Shown here in pieces: positions 37,754-47,055 of a stretch of 64,000 bases of DNA. Position 1 is the first letter of the stretch. Each line of letters opens with the position of its first letter. The DNA lies in IMG/VR virus record IMGVR_UViG_3300020186_000013, positions 62,001 through 126,000 of that record. One strand, written 5' to 3'. The notes beneath the pieces were generated by a model, which worked only from the letters and a program-made list of their open reading frames with translations, searched no databases and had not been told where the DNA came from. A program made the translations under genes and the position numbers.

Positions 37754-39494
37754 CGCTGCCTCCCAAATCGCCGCCGAAATTCCCGTCACTACGATTCAAG
37801 TTCTCGTGACCGGGGACCAGAGGCATGCCGGCCTGCACTCTGCTGCCGAATAGCGGATGCACAGGGACGCTGGTCCGCCCGTCCGTACTGCTATTCTCGG
37901 TGTTGGTCCGGACGTGTGACAAGCTGAATGTCGTTTGGGCCTGGGCAGACTCGGCGTTGATCGCGATCGTGACGCGGGCGACTGAGCCGACGAGGTCCAT
38001 GGCCAGGCTGTCCTCGCCGGCCAGGAACTTCTCCTCGGACGCCTTGACGATGATGATTGATCCGGGGCCGATGTCGAACCGGAGTTTGCCGCCGACCAGC
38101 CCGGTGCGGCCCCGGAGCATATTAGCGACGTACACCGATTGGGCGTACCGGTTGAACAGATCGAGCACGTCCTTAGCGAGCTTGTCGCCCTTGGGGTCGG
38201 GACCGGCAACGCCCTTTGCGTTGGGCGTGGTGGCGGTCTTGGTGACCTTGTCGTTGCCGATGCCGGACGTGCCCGATACGTTGTCGGTCGCGTCCTTGAT
38301 GCCGGCCAGCCACGCGGGCGGCGACACATACTGGACAACGCCGTCACTTGCGTCGACAGAGGTGGCTGAGAAACAACCACCGACGATCGGAATGGACCCG
38401 TACCGCCCGGCCTGGACGAGGCCGTAGTCACCGGAGTAGTTCGAGATGACGCCCACGGCCCGCAGCGGGCGGTCGAGTTCAGCTTGCATCTGGAAGCTGT
38501 CGTACTCGTCCGGAGTGATGGCCTTCCACGGCTCGCCGTTGTATGCCGGGGTATCGGCCGCGACGCACGCGAACTCGACCGACGGGTAGATCGCCATGTT
38601 GAACTGGGGGAAGAAGGTCCCCAACATCTTGTCCCAAAAATTGGTGTTCGCGTACGACTCAACAGCTCCCTGGGACAGTGCCCGTGACACGGACTCGGTT
38701 GCCATCGGCACGCTCGCGACGTCCAACTTGAGAGGCGTGCCGTACACGTACGCCTTATCGCAGTTCGGAGCGTTCGTGCCCTTGGCACCAGGACCCTCAA
38801 TCTTTTTGAGTGCGTTCGAGGCCCGGTCATTCTTGACAGCAGCTTCCGTCCCGGCTCCCGAGCACTTGGCATCCCCGACACCAGGTTCGGCTTTGACGTC
38901 GGCGAGCTGACAGAACAGTCCCTTCATCGCCCCCCACAGGTCGGCGGTGACCGTATCGACAGTCGTCTTGTACCATACCATCGACGCAATGTAATTGCCC
39001 TTGCCGAGGTTCGCTCCGGTGAGGTTGCCGTTGGCCATGACAGCCCGTGAGGTCATGGCCCACGGGTTAGCGGGGTGACTGTTCTTGGCTAGGCAGCTGG
39101 AGTTGGCCAGGTCGATCAGCCAGTGCCGAAGGTTGGCGATCACCTGGATCTTGCCGCTAATCTTGGTGTACGCGAGGCCGACCATGTACCCTTCAAAGAT
39201 CACGAACGGATCTTCGGGCCACTGGATGCCTTTGGTGTCCCAATCGCCCTTGAGTTGCAGGGTGACCCTCGCCGGCTGCATCTGCTTGACCTTCGAGAAC
39301 ACACTGTGGATAACGGCGTCTTCTAGTGTCCGGGCGTTGCGACCCACGGCCAAAAGGATCTGGGCACTCGGGATCTCATTCACCGCGAAGCTACTCGTGA
39401 ACTGGCTCACGTCGAACTTGAGACCGTTGACTTCGAGTGTCAGCGTCGTGCCCTCGCCCAGGTGCGTCAGTGCCCACTGCTTAGTTTGTCCCAC
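37743..39494 (-). CDS. Putative baseplate hub (gp27/gp44-like)
   Basis: 583 aa; FAVNEIPSAQILL, IFEGYMVG, GKLRFDIGPGS...V.RVTI; position after the tape measure gene. Confidence 0.55.
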   Translation of the reverse strand: MGQTKQWALTHLGEGTTLTLEVNGLKFDVSQFTSSFAVNEIPSAQILLAVGRNARTLEDAVIHSVFSKVKQMQPARVTLQLKGDWDTKGIQWPEDPFVIFEGYMVGLAYTKISGKIQVIANLRHWLIDLANSSCLAKNSHPANPWAMTSRAVMANGNLTGANLGKGNYIASMVWYKTTVDTVTADLWGAMKGLFCQLADVKAEPGVGDAKCSGAGTEAAVKNDRASNALKKIEGPGAKGTNAPNCDKAYVYGTPLKLDVASVPMATESVSRALSQGAVESYANTNFWDKMLGTFFPQFNMAIYPSVEFACVAADTPAYNGEPWKAITPDEYDSFQMQAELDRPLRAVGVISNYSGDYGLVQAGRYGSIPIVGGCFSATSVDASDGVVQYVSPPAWLAGIKDATDNVSGTSGIGNDKVTKTATTPNAKGVAGPDPKGDKLAKDVLDLFNRYAQSVYVANMLRGRTGLVGGKLRFDIGPGSIIIVKASEEKFLAGEDSLAMDLVGSVARVTIAINAESAQAQTTFSLSHVRTNTENSSTDGRTSVPVHPLFGSRVQAGMPLVPGHENLNRSDGNFGGDLGGSDVT

Positions 39495-40284
39495 GTTCAG
39501 CTCTCCACGCTTGGTCCATGCGGTACGCCACGGCCATCAGCAACGCACTGAGCCGCAGTGGCAGCTCTTTCTGATTCTTCCACAGATTGCGGAAGGTCAG
39601 GTAAGGTTGCTCGGCCGTGATGCCGAACAGGGCGTTCAGGTTGGGCTCGCCGATGTTAGTAAGACTCGCCAGCAGGTCCGCTAGGTCCGCCTGGGGGCGG
39701 TTCCGGACGACGACGTCCCAGGCCATTCCGGGGCTCGTTGTCGTCAGGCGGACCGAGTATCCGGACTGGCCGAGTGGGACCGCGTCCGACAGGCCGTCCG
39801 TCAGGGCGAAAGGTAGAAACTGGCTTCTAGATGTCGGTGTGATCTCCTGCACCTGTACGGACGTCGGGCCGGCAACGCGGACCTCGACGGTCGTTTCGAT
39901 CTGCCCAGTGGTATCCGGAGCGGTCGGTACGCCCTGAACGTAGAGTGTAGTCGGTACACCTTGGAGCTGCATCACAACCGGCATAAATGCGGCGGCGGGC
40001 ACGAGGGCGGCGTCGGTCAAGGAGTACGTCACGCGGGGGTCGAGTTGGAACACGTAGTCGACCAGTGGCGTGGCGTGGATCAGGCGAACGAACTGCCGGC
40101 ACCGGTAGTTCACCATGTGGCGATCGGGCTTGGAGCCGAATAAGAGGGACCGAACCACGGTCAAGTACCCAGGGACGGCCTTCAGGGGCACGAAGTCCGT
40201 GGGCGTAGCTTCCTCGGCGAGGTACGACGCCGAGCCGTTGAAAGATGCCTGGTTGGCCAGCATCGTGCGTGCGTGGTTGTACAC
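39481..40284 (-). CDS. Putative baseplate/tail protein
   Basis: ORF 39481..40428; start re-called to GTG (VYNHARTML) next to the stop of the upstream gene. Confidence 0.6.
   Translation of the reverse strand: MYNHARTMLANQASFNGSASYLAEEATPTDFVPLKAVPGYLTVVRSLLFGSKPDRHMVNYRCRQFVRLIHATPLVDYVFQLDPRVTYSLTDAALVPAAAFMPVVMQLQGVPTTLYVQGVPTAPDTTGQIETTVEVRVAGPTSVQVQEITPTSRSQFLPFALTDGLSDAVPLGQSGYSVRLTTTSPGMAWDVVVRNRPQADLADLLASLTNIGEPNLNALFGITAEQPYLTFRNLWKNQKELPLRLSALLMAVAYRMDQAWRAERGTN
39814..39829 (+). repeat. Dispersed 16-bp quasi-palindrome, copy 5 (TAGAAACTGGCTTCTA), inside a CDS
   Basis: Encoded within S-R-S-Q-F-L using the AT-rich codons TCT AGA ... TTT CTA. Confidence 0.9.
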
Positions 40285-40285
40285 T

Positions 40286-40765
40286 TCAAGTCTCCGGGAG
40301 GGTCTGCATGCTGAGACCCCACTGAACCATGCCCGACTCGGGCTCGACCGTGTCGAAGGTCGAGCTGGTGACAAAACCCTCGATCGTGTTATTCGGATTC
40401 GTGCCGATGGTAATACGGACCGGGGCACCGGTCTTGGAGACGCGGTTTCGCCTGTACCAATCCATCATCAGGGCCATGCCGTGGTCCTGGTTGGTGTCGC
40501 ACGGGGCCGCGAAGGATAAGCCCGCCAGACTCAGACTGCCGATCCGGTCGCCGAATACGTACACGTAGATCGAGGCCCCTAGGGTGTGCAGGAACTGCAC
40601 GTTCGCCTGTTGGCTGAGTGTCACCCGCGTGATGATCGACTGCTGTGACTCGAAGTCGATCTCCTCCCGCACGTCCTGGAACCCGACGAAGCCGACGCGA
40701 GCCTGGGCGGTCGGATCGTCGACACGGACGACAGTACCGCGATTTTTCTCAAAGATGACGGGCAC
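40286..40765 (-). CDS. Tail tube initiator-like protein
   Basis: 159 aa; QFLHTLG..IYVYVFGDRIGSLSLAG, tube-fold-like; follows the tape measure gene. Confidence 0.55.
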   Translation of the reverse strand: MPVIFEKNRGTVVRVDDPTAQARVGFVGFQDVREEIDFESQQSIITRVTLSQQANVQFLHTLGASIYVYVFGDRIGSLSLAGLSFAAPCDTNQDHGMALMMDWYRRNRVSKTGAPVRITIGTNPNNTIEGFVTSSTFDTVEPESGMVQWGLSMQTLPET

Positions 40766-40774
40766 GGGGGCTCC

Positions 40775-43700
40775 TTACGGCTTTGTGACCGGGTTGAGGG
40801 GGTTGCCGCTACTCGCACCGTCGACTTCGGCCTGGCTGCCCTTAATCGTAAGCGTGCCGGTGAACTTGACATTGTCCCACTTCGACCCACCCTTGTCGGT
40901 GTCAGCTTGCGGCAGTCGCTGTCCACCCTGTTCCATGATCGTGTACGCCTTATTAAGCTGTTCAAGGGAGACGTTGCCGTCCTTGTTCCGCTCCAGCAGA
41001 CCCTGCTGCTGCTGGACCTCCAGGGCACCCTTGACCTTCTCCCATTGATGGTCGTCTCCGATGTGCAGTTTGCTCCGGAGATTGTTGAGGTTCTCGGTCC
41101 TCTTCTTCTCGTCGGAGACGTTGACCGTCGCGTCGTTGAATGCCTTGCCGAGTTCGCCCACGTTGGCAAACGACTTCTGGCTGCCCTGGACCGCACCCTT
41201 GAGTTCATTCTCCGAGTTGACGATGCTCTCCGTACCCGCCGCCGACTGGGAACCGATCCTCCCGGCGAGTGCGGACCACTTCTGCCCGTCTCGCTCGGCT
41301 TCGTCGATGCCGAAGACGTTGCCGACCCGCGTCAGCCGCATGCTGCCGCTCTCCCTGGTCCGGTCGTAATACTTTTCCGCCGCCGCCTTTTGCACCTCGA
41401 TGACGCCAATCGCACCGGGCAGTGCCTCGGCCGACACGCCGATCTTCGTGGCGATTTTCTCCATCTGGGCCTTCTGTTCCGTCGTGGCCTTGTCGCCCGC
41501 TGCCATGATGGTGCGAACGGACTGTTCTTCCTCGCCCGTCATCTTGCGGGCGATGCCGACGTTGTCCGCCTGCTTCTTGAGGAGCACCCGGCGGGCGAAG
41601 TCGAGCGGGTTAAGGCCCTCGCCGTTACCCTTCTCCAGTCGCTTCATCTCCTCGTCGGTTAGGCCCATCAGGGTGTGGGCCTCCTTCATGTTGCCGACTT
41701 GCTCCTGGCGGGCGACGACACGCTTCTTGTAGTCCTCGTCTGTCTCACCGGCCTTCTTGGCTTCAATGTCCTTCTTGGCCTGTTCCTCGTCGCCCAACCA
41801 GAACTGACGACCGAGTTTGCCGGTAGTATCGTGCAACATCCCGACGATGCCGCCCTGTTCGGTTTGGAGTTCCTTGATCTCGTTCATGACCTTCTCGTAC
41901 GTCTCCTTGTTCCCGAACGTCTGGATGTCGCCGTGCAGGAGCTTGGCGATGTCGCCGCCTGCGTACTTGAGGGCCAGCTCATGTTTGCGGGTCGTGATGT
42001 CGTTAAGCCGCGTGTGTGCCGCGATACCACGGGTGCCGAACCGTTGGGCCGATGGGGCGGTAACGGCTTTGTCGGCAATCGTCTGGTAGGCGTCCTCGGA
42101 CCGCATGATGCTGCTGCGGGCCATCTTCCCGTCGTCGGTACGCCAGAACTCGCCGAACCGATCCGATCGGTCCTGGAAGCGTTTCTCCAACATCGTCTTC
42201 CTGGCTGTATCAATGTCCCCGTCCTTGATGCCTGGGTTCGCCTTCCTGACGTCATCGTCGGATACGTTGAAAATCACCTTCTCCTCCCGGTCGATCAGTT
42301 CGCCGAGCTTCCTGCGTTCATCGGCCGGGGTGAACGGGGTCTTGGCGGCTTCAGCTGCCTTCCGGGCCTCGTCGATCTCGTGGCTGAACCCCCACCGCTT
42401 AGCCCGTTGACGAGCTGCGGCAAGTTCCTCCGCGTCGGCAGGAGACATGCCGCCCTTGATCAGGGCGTCGACGGCTGCTCGCGGCGGACGGAACCCCGTC
42501 GCCCGGCGTTCGGCGATGATGACGGCACGGGCCTGTTCGTCCGTTGTGATTTGGCCCTTCTGCATCTCCAGTTCCATGTCTGAGTGACTGATCTGCGACA
42601 TATCGCGACCCTTGGCGTCGCGGGAGCCGGGCTTCGTCGACCACGTGGCAATCTGGTTGTTGATGATCTCGTTGCGGGCATCATCCTCCGAGAGTACCGT
42701 GCGGTCGAGGGCCTTGCGTCGTTGGATGGTGGCGTCGATGTCCTCCTTGGAGATCGCTGACTTGTCGGTCCGCATCCGCTCAATCGTCTCCCGTCGGCGG
42801 GCGATGATGGCGGCTGCCGCTTGGTCGGTGGTAACTGGCTTGTTGACCCGGTAGTCCCTTTTGACTGCGTCGATCTCGGGCCGTTCGATCTGCGAGCCAG
42901 ACGCACTGCGGATGCCGGCCGTCTCTGCGACTTCTCGGGAGATGTCGCGGGCGGCACTCAACGCCTCCTTGGTGTCCTTCGCGGAGACGCCGGTCTCGCC
43001 GAAGAACCCGAAGTCAGCTGACACCTTGGCCAGGTTCGATGCGTCGTCGGTTAGCTCCCTCATCCCGGTGTCGTGCTGCTCTTGGAGTTTGTCGCGGGCC
43101 TCACCGGGCTTCTCCTTGAGGATCTTTGCCTGCAACTCTTCGAGGGCGGCTCGCTTCTCTTGGAGCTTCTGGAGGGGGGCGACAAGGGCCTTGTTGACGT
43201 CCTCGTTCTTGACACCGCCGAAGGCCGTCGCGATCAGCTCGATCGGACTGTCGGTCGACTTGGCGTTCTGGAGGAACTGCATGGCCCGCGACAGGGCCGT
43301 CCCCTTACCCAGCGGGGAAAGGGCGTCCTGTAACTGTCCGGTGAAGTTCTGGCGTTGTCGGTTCCGATCGGCCGCTGCCATCGTCTCGGGGTTGAAAATC
43401 CGCTGGACGTTGCCGACGTTCTCCAGGCCGGCGAAGCCCGAGTTCTGGAGGGCGAGGTTGGACTGACCCTTCCACCGCTCGGCGGCAAGACCGAAGAACT
43501 GGTTACGTTCCTGATCCGGCATTGCCGCCAGGGCCTTGCCGGCGTCGGTGCCGGCCAGCTGGGTCTCCATGATCTTCTGGAAGTTCGCCTTGAACTTCTG
43601 TGGGTCGTTGAAGTCCGCCGTCGACATACTAAAGACCTGCTTCGTTGCCTCAGCGGACACCTTACCCATCGCCTCCTTGGCGGCGTCCTCGTTGATGCCC

Positions 43701-45370
43701 TTCGCCTTCAGCTTCTCGACCATCGTCTCGTGCATGCGGTCGGCGAGAAATGGCATCACCTGCTTCTCGCCCTGGAGCCCACGGACGGAGTCACCGATCT
43801 TGTACTTGTCGACTTGCTCTCGGTTGTCGAACTGCTGGGTGAGCATCTCCTGGACGTCATTCTGGGTGATGCCCCGCGACTTGCCGCTGGCGTCGACGCC
43901 GTGGGTGAGGGTGTGAATGAGGTCTTCCTCGGACAGGGCGATCGACTTGAATTTGCCGTCTGCTCCTCGGTACTCCTTTTGACCCGTCTTGATCGCCTTA
44001 ATCAGGTTGGCGGCTTCTGAGTCTTTCTTGAACCCGCCCACGGAGTCCGCGACGCGGACGGCCGCACCGAGGCGGTTCGCCATGTTGGAGCCAGACGCCG
44101 ACGTGGTCAGGTTGGCGTCGAGTTGCGTCAACTGGTCGGAGTTCATCGCCCCCCAGGCCGTGACCGCCCCCTCGCCGCGAGCCCGGTAGGCCCCGCCGAA
44201 GGCCAGAGCGTGCTGCGTGGCTGAGACACCGAACTGCGACTCGATACCCAACGCCGCTGCGTGCTGGGAGGCGTGGCCCTGGATCATCAGGGCGTTGTCG
44301 ATTGAGACGCCGGTCGACTTGGCCAGATTGTACGTCTGGCGGGCAATCATGCCGGCCTTGGCCGGGTCCATCTGGGCCAGGTTGCCGCCCGTCAGCTGTT
44401 CAAGGCCCCGCATCAGCTCGGACATGGGGGCGTTAGGCCGACCCTGGTCACCAAAGATCTCCCGCATCGCCGACACAGCCCCGGCGTAGTTCTTGATCGA
44501 CTTCGCGATCCGCCCCGTGTCGATGGACCGCATTTTCTCCGAGACCGCCGGATCGAGGGACAGCTTGTCGATGTCTTCGGCGGACAACTTCTCGACGCCG
44601 CCGGCCGGCAGGGTCATTTTCTGGCGGCTGGCAGCCTTCTGGAGTTGCTCGGCTGACATCCCCCGGACGACGTCCGACGTCTTGGTCCCCACCGACCGGG
44701 TGTCCTGGTCGACCATGCCCCGCATCTGGAGTTCCTGGAACAGCGACCCGGCCTGGCCCGCCGTGACGCCCTTCATGTCGCCGATCTTGGCCTTATCGCC
44801 ATAGAGCTTTTCGTACAGCTCGCGTGACTGCTGACCGACGGTCTCGGCCGACATGCCCATCCGGCCGGTGGCCGGGTCCATGCGGTAACGACCGCCCTCG
44901 ATCATGCGGCTGGCCATCACCGTCGCCGAGCCCCGGAGACCGCCGAGTTGGTCGAGCGTGTCCGGGGCGATCTGAGCCATAATGGGAGCGGCAAACTGGG
45001 CGGCGTCCGCCAGCGTACCGGCGGCACGCCGCTGGGACGCACCAAACTCCTGGCCGCTCATTGCGGCTACGCCCCGGAACGTCCGCATGAAACTCTGGCG
45101 ATCTACTGCCGAGGCGTCGGACATGGCCTGTCGCTGCATCGCGGTGAATTCGCGGTGCTTAAGCGTGTCCCACGCATTCTGATCGTGGCCGAGACCCATC
45201 GGGGTCATGTTCATCCCGCCCATTGCGTTCATCAACAGCGGCGACGCCGCCATCCCGACGAGCGGGTTGCTGGAAATGAACGGAGCCCCCTCAAGCCCGT
45301 ACCGGTACTGGGGGGCGTAACCTGCGGCCATGGGGGCGTACCCCATCGCCTGTCGCTGCATCGGGTCCAT
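40775..45370 (-). CDS. Tape measure protein
   Basis: 1531 aa, Ala/Gly/Gln/Lys-rich and helical; downstream of the chaperone pair. Confidence 0.8.
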   Translation of the reverse strand: MDPMQRQAMGYAPMAAGYAPQYRYGLEGAPFISSNPLVGMAASPLLMNAMGGMNMTPMGLGHDQNAWDTLKHREFTAMQRQAMSDASAVDRQSFMRTFRGVAAMSGQEFGASQRRAAGTLADAAQFAAPIMAQIAPDTLDQLGGLRGSATVMASRMIEGGRYRMDPATGRMGMSAETVGQQSRELYEKLYGDKAKIGDMKGVTAGQAGSLFQELQMRGMVDQDTRSVGTKTSDVVRGMSAEQLQKAASRQKMTLPAGGVEKLSAEDIDKLSLDPAVSEKMRSIDTGRIAKSIKNYAGAVSAMREIFGDQGRPNAPMSELMRGLEQLTGGNLAQMDPAKAGMIARQTYNLAKSTGVSIDNALMIQGHASQHAAALGIESQFGVSATQHALAFGGAYRARGEGAVTAWGAMNSDQLTQLDANLTTSASGSNMANRLGAAVRVADSVGGFKKDSEAANLIKAIKTGQKEYRGADGKFKSIALSEEDLIHTLTHGVDASGKSRGITQNDVQEMLTQQFDNREQVDKYKIGDSVRGLQGEKQVMPFLADRMHETMVEKLKAKGINEDAAKEAMGKVSAEATKQVFSMSTADFNDPQKFKANFQKIMETQLAGTDAGKALAAMPDQERNQFFGLAAERWKGQSNLALQNSGFAGLENVGNVQRIFNPETMAAADRNRQRQNFTGQLQDALSPLGKGTALSRAMQFLQNAKSTDSPIELIATAFGGVKNEDVNKALVAPLQKLQEKRAALEELQAKILKEKPGEARDKLQEQHDTGMRELTDDASNLAKVSADFGFFGETGVSAKDTKEALSAARDISREVAETAGIRSASGSQIERPEIDAVKRDYRVNKPVTTDQAAAAIIARRRETIERMRTDKSAISKEDIDATIQRRKALDRTVLSEDDARNEIINNQIATWSTKPGSRDAKGRDMSQISHSDMELEMQKGQITTDEQARAVIIAERRATGFRPPRAAVDALIKGGMSPADAEELAAARQRAKRWGFSHEIDEARKAAEAAKTPFTPADERRKLGELIDREEKVIFNVSDDDVRKANPGIKDGDIDTARKTMLEKRFQDRSDRFGEFWRTDDGKMARSSIMRSEDAYQTIADKAVTAPSAQRFGTRGIAAHTRLNDITTRKHELALKYAGGDIAKLLHGDIQTFGNKETYEKVMNEIKELQTEQGGIVGMLHDTTGKLGRQFWLGDEEQAKKDIEAKKAGETDEDYKKRVVARQEQVGNMKEAHTLMGLTDEEMKRLEKGNGEGLNPLDFARRVLLKKQADNVGIARKMTGEEEQSVRTIMAAGDKATTEQKAQMEKIATKIGVSAEALPGAIGVIEVQKAAAEKYYDRTRESGSMRLTRVGNVFGIDEAERDGQKWSALAGRIGSQSAAGTESIVNSENELKGAVQGSQKSFANVGELGKAFNDATVNVSDEKKRTENLNNLRSKLHIGDDHQWEKVKGALEVQQQQGLLERNKDGNVSLEQLNKAYTIMEQGGQRLPQADTDKGGSKWDNVKFTGTLTIKGSQAEVDGASSGNPLNPVTKP

Positions 45371-45383
45371 AGGCGTCCTGCCT

Positions 45384-45860
45384 TTATGTCTTCTTCAACT
45401 CGCGGAATCGGCGGTTGATCCTCTCCTCGTCGGTCTCGGCCTGAGCAACCGGGACGTACCAGTCGCGGATCTCCTGGGCCAACTTCCTCTTAAACTCGGG
45501 ATCATCGGGGTCGCCGATGATCTTCTTGAACTGTTCCTTCAGCCCGGCGATCTCAGAATCCTTACCCGCCTCACGGGCGTTCCAGGGGTGCAAGAGGCCG
45601 ATGATGTTGTTGAACGTCTCCACGGCGTTCTTCGTTGACTTTTTCCAGCTCTCGTCCGTCAGGCTGGAGTTCGCAACCAAGGCGAGGTGGTAAGCGTAGG
45701 CCGCTTGCGACAACTTGAGGTCGTCCTCGCGGGACATCCCGTCGATCAGGATGTTCACCTTACGCCACCATCGTACGTCCAGCAGCCTCGCCTGGCGAAA
45801 GTCGATGACGCCCTTCGTGGCTGCCTGAATCGTCAGGACTGCTCCTCGGTCGCGTTCCAA
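45384..45860 (-). CDS. Tail assembly chaperone C-terminal extension (GT-like, -1 frame)
   Basis: TTG start with no SD, coinciding with G GAT TTT at the end of the upstream ORF. Confidence 0.6.
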   Translation of the reverse strand: MERDRGAVLTIQAATKGVIDFRQARLLDVRWWRKVNILIDGMSREDDLKLSQAAYAYHLALVANSSLTDESWKKSTKNAVETFNNIIGLLHPWNAREAGKDSEIAGLKEQFKKIIGDPDDPEFKRKLAQEIRDWYVPVAQAETDEERINRRFRELKKT

Positions 45861-47044
45861 AAATCCGAGTTGTCGACCATGCCCTCCAGTCGCGACACCA
45901 GGCGGTTAAACCGCTGGGCCTGGTTCGCGATAACGCGGTTGAGACTCTCGCTGCGGAGTACCTTTTCCAGCACGTACTTCTCGATGTGCTGGAGCCCCGT
46001 GTCGGACGGGTCGGCCGGGTCGGGCAGTTTCCAGTGGGCCTCGGCGTTTGGGTTCGATTCCTTCGATAGGCCATCGGGCAGGTCTTCACTGAACTGCGTC
46101 GAGCGGAACTGCTGGATCTGGAGGTACAGCCGCAGGCGGTTGACCCGTTCCCAAAAGTCCAGCTCGGTCGGCAGGAGGCCCCGGAACCGTTCCTGGTAGG
46201 CATGCTTGAAGACGACGTCCAGTTCCTGGGTCGTTAGCGTGCGGAATACGACGGACACCGCCCCACCGAACAGCGGGTACTCCTTGACGAAGCACTTCAA
46301 GCCGAGGATCGCGTGCAGGAACGACATCTTCTCGCCGTACGGCGGCGTGGGGATGTCCTCCTGGTTAAGCGGCCACTCGCAGTGCGGACAGTGCGACATT
46401 AACTTGTCCGCACCGAGATCCGTTGTCGGAGTCGGTGTAGCCGTGGGTGGCGTGGGTGGCGTGGGTGGCGGTGCCGCCGCCGGAGGAGGCACCTGCTCCA
46501 TGTCATTGACAATCATGGGCTCTTCCCGCCGCCGCTGGCCGATCGCCCGGTCGGCGTCGGCCTCCAGTTTTCGGACGCCGGACTCGATCTGGGGCGGGAG
46601 GGCGGATGAGGTCGGGGAGAACGCCGTCAGCGTCTCGGATATCTTCCGACGGATCTCGGCTTGCTGCGTGGGCGTCAGGTCCTTCTCACTGACCGTGGCG
46701 ACTTCAAGGTCCTTGAGCCGTGGGTCGGCGGACAGGGCGGTGTTCGCGATCTCCTTGGCCGAGTTGGCCTGGACCTGGCCGAGTATGTCCGCCATGTTCG
46801 ACGGAACGTCCTCGCCCTCCCGCCAGCCGACCTTCTTCAGGTCCTTCTTCTCCTCCTCGGAGAGGGAGCTGGCCTTGATCACGGTCACCGGTCGGTCGGT
46901 CGGGAGCGGCAGCGTGCCCTTGACGCCGGGGATCTGCCGACCGCCGGGCGGCACGGGCATGGTCGCCTTGGCCACCTTTGCCTTGATGTCGTCGTAGGTG
47001 ACGGGCGGCTTGCCGGCTGCGGAAAGGTCAACTTCCTTGGCCAC
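45833..47044 (-). CDS. Putative tail assembly chaperone (G-like) with a long Pro-rich N-terminus and CPHC motif
   Basis: 403 aa; VVFRTLTTQE motif typical of chaperones; precedes the tape measure gene. Confidence 0.55.
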   Translation of the reverse strand: MAKEVDLSAAGKPPVTYDDIKAKVAKATMPVPPGGRQIPGVKGTLPLPTDRPVTVIKASSLSEEEKKDLKKVGWREGEDVPSNMADILGQVQANSAKEIANTALSADPRLKDLEVATVSEKDLTPTQQAEIRRKISETLTAFSPTSSALPPQIESGVRKLEADADRAIGQRRREEPMIVNDMEQVPPPAAAPPPTPPTPPTATPTPTTDLGADKLMSHCPHCEWPLNQEDIPTPPYGEKMSFLHAILGLKCFVKEYPLFGGAVSVVFRTLTTQELDVVFKHAYQERFRGLLPTELDFWERVNRLRLYLQIQQFRSTQFSEDLPDGLSKESNPNAEAHWKLPDPADPSDTGLQHIEKYVLEKVLRSESLNRVIANQAQRFNRLVSRLEGMVDNSDFWNATEEQS

Positions 47045-47055
47045 CGTGGGCCTCC

